From the NCBI GenBank assembly GCA_041661685.1, contig JBAZTY010000001.1, forward strand, positions 320,691 to 384,690: 64,000 bases of DNA. The letters are read 5' to 3'. A model generated the notes under the pieces. The model saw only the letters and a list, made by a program, of their open reading frames with translations. It did no database searches and was not told the DNA's origin. This document shows, in pieces, positions 43,539-51,424 of the stretch. The position numbers and the translations under genes were made by a program. The DNA comes from Patescibacteria group bacterium (GTDB lineage Bacteria > Patescibacteriota > Patescibacteriia > Patescibacteriales > UBA12465). Within the stretch, counting starts at the first letter, position 1, and every line of letters starts with the position of its first letter.

Positions 43539-44288
43539 TTATTCAAAAATAAGCTTCAGAGCCAACATGATTAGAACGCCGGCGATAATGGAGATAAGCT
43601 GATATAAAGACTTATGAATGGCGGTTTCTTTCTTCAGCTCCGGAATCAGATCGGCGGTCGCAATATAGATAAAGCCGCCAGCCGTAAACGGAATGATGAG
43701 ATCAGAAAAATTATTAATGCGCGCGCCTAATACCACGGCGACGACTGCTCCGAAAACGGCGGTCAGCGCCGTAACGAAATTGAGAAATAGAGCGCGGCGG
43801 CGAGAATAGCCCGCATACAATAAGACTCCGAAATCGCCAATCTCCTGAGGAATCTCATGGGCGACGACGGCAATCAAAGTCGTCAGCCCCAAGGGTATGC
43901 TAACTAAAAATGAGCCGGCGATGATGACGCCATCGAAAAAATTATGCAGGCAATCGCCGACAAGATTCATTATTCCCAAATGATGCGGATGGGTCGGGCA
44001 GGTCTGGATATGGCAATGCCGCCAATGGACTACCTTCTCGAGCACGAAGAAAGAAACTAATCCGATTATCAGCCAGAGCCACATCCGCAGGCTAGCGCCG
44101 TTATCGGCCGCCGCTTCAGGCAAAAGATGCAAAAAGCTGTCGCCGAGCAAAGTTCCGGCGGAAAGGCTGACGAGGAATAAAGTCAGCTTTTCCATAAAGC
44201 GGGGCGAAAACGACAAAAAAAAGACTCCGAAGAGAGACAGGAAGGAAATCAGCAGAACGCTACCGAAAATATATAAGTATAAAGTCAT
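43539..44288 (-). CDS. ZIP family divalent metal (zinc) transporter
   Basis: Track ORF extends to 44348, but the predicted promoter places the transcription start near 44347, so MTLYLYIFGSV (ATG at 44288) is the likely start. Contains LLGDSFLHLLPEA, a His-rich loop (HWRHCHIQTCPTHPHHLG) and VAHEIPQEIGDFGVLL. Confidence 0.88.
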   Translation of the reverse strand: MTLYLYIFGSVLLISFLSLFGVFFLSFSPRFMEKLTLFLVSLSAGTLLGDSFLHLLPEAAADNGASLRMWLWLIIGLVSFFVLEKVVHWRHCHIQTCPTHPHHLGIMNLVGDCLHNFFDGVIIAGSFLVSIPLGLTTLIAVVAHEIPQEIGDFGVLLYAGYSRRRALFLNFVTALTAVFGAVVAVVLGARINNFSDLIIPFTAGGFIYIATADLIPELKKETAIHKSLYQLISIIAGVLIMLALKLIFE

Positions 44289-44353
44289 AATGGCGGAATT
44301 ACGAGCTGAAATTAGATAGATCAAACAATGTTTGGATAAACCAAGCAACCTTT

Positions 44354-44382
44354 ATTATACCAGGAAAAGAGCCGAAAAGCAA
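44354..44382 (-). promoter_or_regulatory. Sigma-70 promoter of the ZIP transporter gene
   Basis: Minus strand TTGCTT (44382..44377), a 17-nt spacer, then TGgTATAAT (-10 at 44359..44354). Confidence 0.6.
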
Positions 44383-44412
44383 ATCATTTTTCCGCCGCGG
44401 CGCCGTCCCGGC

Positions 44413-44441
44413 TTGACCCTGAAAAAATAAAAAGCTATCAT
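44413..44441 (+). promoter_or_regulatory. Sigma-70 promoter of the csoR-copper operon
   Basis: TTGACC (44413..44418), a 17-nt spacer, then TATCAT (44436..44441). The palindromic operator begins 4 nt downstream. Confidence 0.55.
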
Positions 44442-44445
44442 TAAG

Positions 44446-44470
44446 ATACCTATACCATAGGTATAGGTAT
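44446..44470. promoter_or_regulatory. Candidate CsoR operator (perfect 11-3-11 inverted repeat)
   Basis: ATACCTATACC-ATA-GGTATAGGTAT. It overlaps the predicted transcription start, 34 nt upstream of csoR. The TACC...GGTA arms resemble known CsoR-type operators. Confidence 0.65.
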
Positions 44471-44503
44471 TAATAAAACATAAATCATCTAAACCCTAAA
44501 ATT

Positions 44504-44776
44504 ATGCCCCAAGACCGCAAGAAAATCCTGATAAACTTCAAGAAGGCGAAGAGTCTGACCGAAAAACTGACCGCCATGACTGAAAACGGCGATTATTGCA
44601 TTGACATCATGCAGCAGAATCTGGCGGTCATCGGCCTGCTCAAGTCCGCGCATCAGATGCTTTTAGACAGCCACCTCAACAGCTGCTTCAAGAATGCCAT
44701 GGCTTCCAAGAACGAGAAGCTGAAGGCGCGCATGGTCGACGAGATCTTAAAAGTCAACAAACTGGCTAATAAATAA
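44504..44776 (+). CDS. csoR: CsoR/RcnR-family metal-sensing repressor (copper-type C-H-C ligand set)
   Basis: 90 aa. The pattern DYCIDIMQQNLAVIGLLKSAHQMLLDSHLNSCF places Cys, His and Cys at the CsoR ligand positions. First gene of the copper operon. Confidence 0.85.
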   Translation: MPQDRKKILINFKKAKSLTEKLTAMTENGDYCIDIMQQNLAVIGLLKSAHQMLLDSHLNSCFKNAMASKNEKLKARMVDEILKVNKLANK

Positions 44777-44789
44777 CGACCCGGCGACA

Positions 44790-46184
44790 ATGGGTCTACA
44801 GACAAACAATATGCTCAAGAAGATAAGCGTGCCGGTCTCCGGCCTGCACTGCAAAGCCTGCGTCATCCTGACCGAAGATGCGCTCAAGGACATCGAAGGC
44901 GTAAAGAAAGCCGAAGTCAGCCTGAGATCGGAAAGAGCGGACATCTTTTACGAAGGCGAAGAACCTAGCCGCGCCGCGATCAAGGAGCGTCTTGAAGAAG
45001 CCGGCTATAGGCTAGGAAGCGGAGACGGTTCAGAGACGCCGCTTGAAAGCAGAAGCCTCAAGCGCGGCGCGAGCTTCGGCGATATCGTCACTTTCGTCAG
45101 CTCAATACTCATACTCCTTTGGATCTTGAACCGTATCAATATCGATCCCAGTAGCTGGTTGAATCGGGATTTTTCCTGGCCGCTCGCCGTCATCATCGGA
45201 TTGGTCGCCGGCGTCTCCACTTGCCTAGCCTTGACCGGCGGCTTAGTCATGGGCCTAGCCGCTAATTACGCCAAGGATCATCCCGAAGCCGGTCCGTTCC
45301 AGAAATTCAAGCCGCATCTCTTATTCAACGCCGGACGCTTCGGAGGATTCTTCTTGTTGGGCGGGATTCTCGGCCTAGTCGGCGAAGCCTTCAAGCTTTC
45401 AGTTATCACCAACAGCCTGATCACCATCGTCGTCGGCCTAGTCATCCTAATCCTCGGCTTGAAGATATTAGACATCTTCCCCTCTCTCAATCACTGGGAT
45501 ATCTCTCTACCCAAGCGCTGGTCAAGAATACTTAAGATAAATAATCCAATCATTCTCGGCGCGCTTACCTTCTTCGTGCCCTGCGGCTTCACCCAGGCCA
45601 TGCAATTATACGCTCTTAACTCCGGAGGATTTTTCCAAGGCGGTCTAGTCATGGCCCTGTTCGCTCTCGGCACCGCTCCCGGTCTCTTAGGCATCGGCGG
45701 CCTATCTTCTTTACTGGGCAAAAAAAATTCTCTCTTCTTCAAGATCGCTGGCATTGTCATCATCGCTTTCGCTTTATTCAATCTTAATAACGGCTATAAG
45801 CTCTTAAAGATTTCCGGAGCAGCGAACCTCGGCAGCGGGCAAACTTCCGATGTCCGGAAAGCGGCCGAAGATTCTGCTGATAGAGGTTCTATCGGCAATG
45901 ACGCAGATACTAATAACATCCAGATCGTCCGCATGACCGAAACCGGCCGTGGCTACTCGCCGAACAGATTCATAATTATAAAAGACAAGCCGGTCCGCTG
46001 GATAATCACCGCGGAAGCGCCCTATTCTTGCGCGAGCGCTTTGATCGTTCCGTCGTTCAAGATCCAGAAACAATTGGAACGCGGCGAAAATATCATCGAA
46101 TTCACGCCTACTAAGATAGGCCCCATCCCCTTCTCCTGCTCTATGGGCATGTATACCGGCAGCTTCCAAGTCGTTGAAAAATAA
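44790..46184 (+). CDS. HMA domain + DsbD_2/TauE-like polytopic membrane domain + C-terminal cupredoxin-like domain fusion
   Basis: 464 aa. N-terminal ISVPVSGLHCKACV (MxCxxC-type HMA). About 6 TM helices with a conserved FFVPCGFTQAMQLYAL. The C-terminal ~100 aa (IQIVRMTETGRGYSPNRFIIIKDKPVRWIITAEAPYSCASAL...PFSCSMGMYTGSFQVV) resemble the Cupredoxin_1-type fold. Confidence 0.8.
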   Translation: MGLQTNNMLKKISVPVSGLHCKACVILTEDALKDIEGVKKAEVSLRSERADIFYEGEEPSRAAIKERLEEAGYRLGSGDGSETPLESRSLKRGASFGDIVTFVSSILILLWILNRINIDPSSWLNRDFSWPLAVIIGLVAGVSTCLALTGGLVMGLAANYAKDHPEAGPFQKFKPHLLFNAGRFGGFFLLGGILGLVGEAFKLSVITNSLITIVVGLVILILGLKILDIFPSLNHWDISLPKRWSRILKINNPIILGALTFFVPCGFTQAMQLYALNSGGFFQGGLVMALFALGTAPGLLGIGGLSSLLGKKNSLFFKIAGIVIIAFALFNLNNGYKLLKISGAANLGSGQTSDVRKAAEDSADRGSIGNDADTNNIQIVRMTETGRGYSPNRFIIIKDKPVRWIITAEAPYSCASALIVPSFKIQKQLERGENIIEFTPTKIGPIPFSCSMGMYTGSFQVVEK

Positions 46185-46210
46185 ATAAGACGCAAATAAT
46201 AAGCAAAGAT

Positions 46211-48550
46211 ATGGAAAATAAGATTCGCGTCGGCGTCAGCGGACTGCATTGCGCCTCTTGCGCCAAGATAGTCGAGAAAGAGATGGGAAAAGAGCCCGGG
46301 GTCAAGAGCATCCAGGTCAACCCGCTGACCGAAGAGGCTAACTTGGAATTCGAGACCGGATCATTCTCTCCGGCTGCGGCCAACAAGAATCTAAAAAAAT
46401 TAGGCTATGGCTTGAAATTCCCGGACAGCCCCCCTGCTTCCGAATCTGCAGACCAAGCGGGCATGGATCATATGGACATGGATCATGACCACATGGATCA
46501 CAGCCTGACTGCCGGAGGCAATCTGCGAGCCAGGCGATCCGCCAAACTCGCGGAACTTGATAGCCAAAAAAATAAATTGCGTATCGCCCTGCCGCTCATG
46601 AGCTTCATCCTGATAGCGGTTTTCTGGTCGCTAGCCGCTAGCTATTTCGAGTTTACGCCAGCCGAACTCATCCCCGGGACGCTACTCATGCCGATCATTT
46701 TCATCGCCGCGACCGCCATCATCTTCTGGCTCGGCCGCGACTTCTTGAAAGGCGCCGGCCGCTTCTTCCGTTATGGCCGAGCTAATATGGATACTCTCAT
46801 CGGCATCGGCACAGGCACCGCTTATTTCTATTCGACTCTGATATATCTCTTCCCGGCTTTGCGCCAAGCGCTCGGACTCGGAGAAAATTATTTTTTTGAT
46901 GTCACCATCGTCGTCATCACGCTTGTCTACTTAGGAAAATACCTGGAAAATAAAGCCAAACTCAGAACGAATGACACGATCGAAAAGCTGATGAACCTGC
47001 AGAGCAAGACTGCGCTTGTAGAAATCAACGGACAAGAGATAGAGACGCCAATCAACGAATTAAGAGTCGGCGACATCGTCATTGTTAAGCCGGGCATGAA
47101 GATCCCGGCCGATGGCGTCGTCATGAGCGGGCTATCGGCAGTAGACGAAGCGCTCATCACCGGAGAATCTCTGCCGATAGATAAGACTAGCGGCGATACT
47201 GTCATCGGTTCGACCTTGAATAAGCAAGGCGTCTTGAAAGTAAAAATAAATAAAGTCGGAGCGGATACGGTCATCGCCAATATCATCAAGGCGATTTCCG
47301 ATGCTCAAAATTCTAAAGCGCCAATCCAGAAACTAGCCGATGAAGTCTCGGGCGTCTTCGTGCCGATAGTCCTCGCTCTCTCTGTCTTAACCTTGGGCGC
47401 TTGGCTGATAATCGGGCCGCATTATTTAAGTTGGTCCGAATCGGTCAGCTTGGGCCTGACCGCTTTCATCAGCGTTCTCGCTATCGCCTGCCCTTGCGCG
47501 CTCGGCCTCGCGACTCCGACCGGAATAATCGTCGGCCTCGGACTGGCCAGCAAGAACGGACTACTCATCAAGAATGCTGATGCCCTAGAAAGATTGGGCC
47601 GCGTCAAGATTATCGCGCTTGATAAGACCGGCACTATCACTAGCGGACAGCCAGCTGTCACGGAAATCATCACTTTGACCTATGATAGCAAAAAAATAAT
47701 CACGCTCGCCGCTTCTTTAGAAAATAATTCTGAACATCCGCTCGCGCAAGCGGTCATAGCTTATGCTAAACAAGAAAATACTTCTTTATTAGAAGTAATT
47801 GAATTCTCCGCCGTGAGCGGCCAAGGCGTCAGCGGACTGATCGAGGGAAAGAAATATCATCTCGGCAATGTCAGAATGATGCAAGCCTTAGGAGCGATCC
47901 TGCCTATGGATAAGATAATGACTTTGGAAAAAGAGGGACAGACTTCTATGATTCTAAGCGAGGAAAAAAATATCTTAGGCATCATCGCCGTCGCCGACAC
48001 TATTAAGCCGGGCGCGGCCGAAGCAATTTCCGAATTAAAGCGCCTCGGTCTCAAGACGGTAATGTTAAGCGGCGACCGCTATGAAGCCGCTCGCCATATC
48101 GCCGACCTGGCTGGCATTGACGAGGTTATCGCCGAGATTTCTCCGCTAGAGAAAGCGGACAAGATCAAAGAATTAAAAAAAGGCGGCCTAGCGGTCGCCA
48201 TGGTCGGAGACGGAGTAAATGACGCGGTCGCGCTGACGGCCTCCGATATCGGCATCGCGATGGCGACCGGATCGGATGTGGCGATCGAGTCAGCTGATAT
48301 CACTGTCTTGCACGGCGATCTCTCCAAGATAATCAAGGCTATTACGATCTCCCGCCTCACTATCAAGAAAATCAAGCAGAATCTCTTCTGGGCTTTCTTC
48401 TATAATATCGTGGCTTTGCCGCTCGCCGGCGGCGCCTTCTATCCGGCTTACGGCTTGCTCCTCAGCCCGATCATCGCGGCCGGAGCTATGTCCCTATCTT
48501 CGGTAAGCGTCGTGCTCAACACGCTCTTGATGCGCCGGAAAAAGATCTGA
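46211..48550 (+). CDS. copA: Copper-translocating P1B-type ATPase
   Basis: 779 aa. HMA GVSGLHCASCA, His/Asp/Met-rich linker GMDHMDMDHDHMDH, CPC motif (IACPCALGLATP), DKTGTIT, and the hinge VGDGVNDA. Confidence 0.95.
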   Translation: MENKIRVGVSGLHCASCAKIVEKEMGKEPGVKSIQVNPLTEEANLEFETGSFSPAAANKNLKKLGYGLKFPDSPPASESADQAGMDHMDMDHDHMDHSLTAGGNLRARRSAKLAELDSQKNKLRIALPLMSFILIAVFWSLAASYFEFTPAELIPGTLLMPIIFIAATAIIFWLGRDFLKGAGRFFRYGRANMDTLIGIGTGTAYFYSTLIYLFPALRQALGLGENYFFDVTIVVITLVYLGKYLENKAKLRTNDTIEKLMNLQSKTALVEINGQEIETPINELRVGDIVIVKPGMKIPADGVVMSGLSAVDEALITGESLPIDKTSGDTVIGSTLNKQGVLKVKINKVGADTVIANIIKAISDAQNSKAPIQKLADEVSGVFVPIVLALSVLTLGAWLIIGPHYLSWSESVSLGLTAFISVLAIACPCALGLATPTGIIVGLGLASKNGLLIKNADALERLGRVKIIALDKTGTITSGQPAVTEIITLTYDSKKIITLAASLENNSEHPLAQAVIAYAKQENTSLLEVIEFSAVSGQGVSGLIEGKKYHLGNVRMMQALGAILPMDKIMTLEKEGQTSMILSEEKNILGIIAVADTIKPGAAEAISELKRLGLKTVMLSGDRYEAARHIADLAGIDEVIAEISPLEKADKIKELKKGGLAVAMVGDGVNDAVALTASDIGIAMATGSDVAIESADITVLHGDLSKIIKAITISRLTIKKIKQNLFWAFFYNIVALPLAGGAFYPAYGLLLSPIIAAGAMSLSSVSVVLNTLLMRRKKI

Positions 48551-49384
48551 GAATAACCGATTGATAAAATCAAAAGAGGCGTCGCCGATGATGACGACAT
48601 CATAGACCTGCTTGAAGCTGGAAAGATTATTATCTACTCCTTCATTCAGGAAACCTATTTTCAAAAGATTAGCATGCTCAAAGCCTTCGGCCATGCCGAC
48701 GTCGCCTAAAGAATCGCCGCACAAGATGACATTGCGGCGATTTTTTATTTCCGCAAAGAAAGGAAAATCGCGAATCAAGGTCTCGTCCTTATTATAGGAA
48801 TGGATGATCGGCTCGCGCACTCCGGTCGCTTTCCCGGCTTCGTCCCAGATGAAAGAATTAGCCATGATATGGATATCGGGCAGATGGCGCTTAAGATTAT
48901 CTAAGAAGACATCGATCGCTTCTTTGCCCAAGGCGGACGCGGAAAAGATGACTAAAGGTATACCGAGCGCCTTGATAGTATCCAGCCAAGCCTCTACTCC
49001 GTCCCGAAGCTTGATCTGGCTATCAGCTACGACGCGCCTGACCATGTCCTCAGTCAGGCCGAAAGCTATCAATAACCCGAAAACTTCATTCCACCATTCG
49101 ACCATGGCCGCTTTTTTCTCCAACAGCGGAATGCTGGGATCGTATTCGATCGGATAATATTTCTGATACAAGGCGGCTACCTGATCCCGATATTCCTGAG
49201 GCAGATAGTCCCCGTCCTGCAAAACGGCAATCAGGGCGGAATTCTTGCGGCCGGCCTGAGAATGATAAGTCAGGGTGCGGTCGAAATCAGACAAGATATG
49301 CAAGGCGCCGGGCCCGTCATGCCTCAGATTATCTTTTATCTTCTCCAGCTTCTCCGGATTGACTACGATGATATTGCCCGTCAT
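48494..49384 (-). CDS. HAD-superfamily pyrimidine 5'-nucleotidase, eukaryotic UMPH-1/NT5C3-like
   Basis: 296 aa. Colinear motif matches to human NT5C3 as I recall it:
- ILSDFDRTLT vs ITDFDMTLS
- KYYPIEYDP vs KYYAIEVDP
- MVEWW vs MVEWY
- IPLVIFSAS vs IPVFIFSAG
- IIHSYNKDE vs LIHVFNKHD
- NVILCGDSLGDVGMAEG vs NIILLGDSQGDLRMADG
- LLKIGFLNE vs ILKIGYLND
The last 57 nt overlap the copA 3' end on the opposite strand. Confidence 0.85.
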   Translation of the reverse strand: MTGNIIVVNPEKLEKIKDNLRHDGPGALHILSDFDRTLTYHSQAGRKNSALIAVLQDGDYLPQEYRDQVAALYQKYYPIEYDPSIPLLEKKAAMVEWWNEVFGLLIAFGLTEDMVRRVVADSQIKLRDGVEAWLDTIKALGIPLVIFSASALGKEAIDVFLDNLKRHLPDIHIMANSFIWDEAGKATGVREPIIHSYNKDETLIRDFPFFAEIKNRRNVILCGDSLGDVGMAEGFEHANLLKIGFLNEGVDNNLSSFKQVYDVVIIGDASFDFINRLFSDLFPAHQERVEHDAYRR

Positions 49385-49430
49385 ATGGATCTCCTAAGAT
49401 TGATTATGGATATAATGATATCATCCCCGC

Positions 49431-49462
49431 AAAAATAAAAAAACTTCCCAGCCAGGAAGTTT
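49431..49462 (-). terminator. Rho-independent terminator of the ABC exporter operon
   Basis: Minus strand AACTTCC-tggctg-GGAAGTT followed by TTTTTTTATTTTTG. About 40 nt downstream of the permease stop. Confidence 0.7.
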
Positions 49463-49499
49463 CAGGCTATGCAAAAATAAGCTCAAAACATGAACAGAA

Positions 49500-50696
49500 T
49501 CATTCGCTCCTTAAAGCGTCGACCGGATCAAGGCGGCTAGCCTGAAGAGCCGGATAAAAGCCGAAGAAAACGCCGACGATGACGGAAAAACTGAAGCCAA
49601 TGATCGGACCGTTGATAGACGAAGCCATGCTGATAATATTAAAATAAGAAATGATTGGAATCGCCCCTTGTCCGATGATCATCCCAATAATACCGCCGAC
49701 CATAGAAAGGATAACCGACTCCAATAAAAATTGGCTCAAAATATCAGATTGCTTTCCGCCGATGGCTTTGGAAATACCAATTTCTTTAGTCCTCTCCGCT
49801 ACGGTCACGAACATGACATTCATGATGCCGATACCGGAGACTAATAAGGTGATAGCAGCAATAGCAGTCAAAAGAGTAGACATGGTCTTAGCCGATGCTT
49901 GCGCCGCCGCTACCATGCTGCCGGCATCCATAATCTGAAAATCATTTTCCTGGCTAGCTTTTAGCTTGTGCTCTTCTCTTAATAAAGCTGTGATACTTGA
50001 GGTCGCCAGACCGGAATTGTCGACGTTATCGACCGCCGTCGTGATCATGACCTGTCCTTTCGAACCCAAGATACTCTTCTCGGCCGTCGTGCTCGGGATA
50101 ATGACGGCGGAATCAACCGAAATCATGCCGATGCGCGAACCTAATTTTTTCAGAACACCGACGATTTCAATCTTCTTGCCGCCGACCGTGATCTCGCTTC
50201 CGATAGGGCTCGTGCCGTCGGAAAAAAGATCGGAAACGACCGTAGCGCCGATGACGCCGACCGTCGTCTTGTTATCAACATCATCCTGCTCGATTCCACG
50301 GCCTTGTTCGACAGTCAAATTGGAAATAGAGATAAAGTTCTGATCGACGCCGACGACGCTATAACTCTTATCGACTGAACCGTAAGAAACCGTCGCATTC
50401 CCCTGGATAGCCCCGGTAGCGGAAGCAATGTGATCGGCGCTTAATAATAATTGAGCATCGGCCGTCTTCAGTTTTGAGCTGCTAGTAAAGCCGCGGCCGC
50501 GATTAGGCATAATCAAAATAGAATTAGCGCTCATATTCTGGAATTGCGAATTAACTGATTCCTGCGCTCCTTGGCCGACGGCGAAAACAGCAATGACCGT
50601 AGCCACGCCGATAATAATGCCGAGCATGGACAAGAATGTCCGCGTCTTCTTGGCTAGCAATGATTCGAAAGCCATCTTAATGATTTCCAGATTCAT
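49500..50696 (-). CDS. MacB-type ABC transporter permease (FtsX-like)
   Basis: 398 aa. N-terminal TM, a large extracytoplasmic MacB_PCD-like domain, and a C-terminal FtsX 3-TM bundle (ERTKEIGISKAIGG, FGFYPALQASRLDPVDALR). Confidence 0.9.
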   Translation of the reverse strand: MNLEIIKMAFESLLAKKTRTFLSMLGIIIGVATVIAVFAVGQGAQESVNSQFQNMSANSILIMPNRGRGFTSSSKLKTADAQLLLSADHIASATGAIQGNATVSYGSVDKSYSVVGVDQNFISISNLTVEQGRGIEQDDVDNKTTVGVIGATVVSDLFSDGTSPIGSEITVGGKKIEIVGVLKKLGSRIGMISVDSAVIIPSTTAEKSILGSKGQVMITTAVDNVDNSGLATSSITALLREEHKLKASQENDFQIMDAGSMVAAAQASAKTMSTLLTAIAAITLLVSGIGIMNVMFVTVAERTKEIGISKAIGGKQSDILSQFLLESVILSMVGGIIGMIIGQGAIPIISYFNIISMASSINGPIIGFSFSVIVGVFFGFYPALQASRLDPVDALRSE

Positions 50697-50697
50697 A

Positions 50698-51408
50698 TTA
50701 ATAGTCGCTATGCAGCTTATAATTATCGCTCAAAACCTGTCCGTCGCGCAAATATATGACCCGGTCGGCATATTTCGCGACTTCGGCCGTATGCGTCACC
50801 ATCACGACCGTCCGCCCCTGTTTCTTAAAATTAGTGAAGATATCCATAACCTCGAGGCCTGATTTCGAATCAAGCGCGCCGGTCGGTTCATCCGCCAAAA
50901 TTATTTCCGGATCATTAATCAAAGCGCGGCAGATTGCCACGCGCTGCTGCTGGCCGCCGGATAGTTCCGTCGGCTTATGATTGACGCGCTCAGCCATACC
51001 GACGGATTTAAGAAGCCCTCGCGCCTTATCTTCGCGTTCATCGGCTGGCATGCCGGCATATAAAGCCGGCAAAGCCACATTCTTCAGCGCAGAAAAACGC
51101 GAAAAGAGGTTAAATTGCTGGAAGACGAAGCCCATTTTCTTGTTACGAATGAAGGCGAGAGTAAAATCATCTTTCACTTCTCCAATATTCTCTCCGTCCA
51201 AAAGATACTTGCCTTTAGTGAGGGGGTGGAGGCAGCCGATGATATTAAGCAGGGTCGTCTTACCGCCGCCGGATTCTCCCATGATCGCGACAAACTCCCC
51301 CTTCTTTATCTCCAGGTTTATTCCTTTCAAGACTGGGATTTCTTCGCCATTAGCCAGATAATACGACTTTTGAGCATCCTCTAATTTTATCGCGATATTG
51401 TCGGACAT
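50698..51408 (-). CDS. ABC transporter ATP-binding protein (MacB/LolD type)
   Basis: 236 aa. Walker A GESGGGKTT, signature LSGGQQQRVAICRAL, Walker B ILADEPTGALD. Confidence 0.93.
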   Translation of the reverse strand: MSDNIAIKLEDAQKSYYLANGEEIPVLKGINLEIKKGEFVAIMGESGGGKTTLLNIIGCLHPLTKGKYLLDGENIGEVKDDFTLAFIRNKKMGFVFQQFNLFSRFSALKNVALPALYAGMPADEREDKARGLLKSVGMAERVNHKPTELSGGQQQRVAICRALINDPEIILADEPTGALDSKSGLEVMDIFTNFKKQGRTVVMVTHTAEVAKYADRVIYLRDGQVLSDNYKLHSDY

Positions 51409-51424
51409 AATTAATAATTATTCC

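Noticed and set aside
44289-44353. Search for a Zur/Fur-type box in the ZIP transporter leader
   Set aside because: No AT-rich palindrome resembling a Zur box is visible between the predicted -10 and the ATG.
44747-46386. Several minus-strand ORFs (44747..44944, 45005..45250, 45491..45781, 45804..46169, 46141..46386) across the copper operon
   Set aside because: They are antisense to ORFs with unmistakable HMA, membrane and P-type ATPase motifs.
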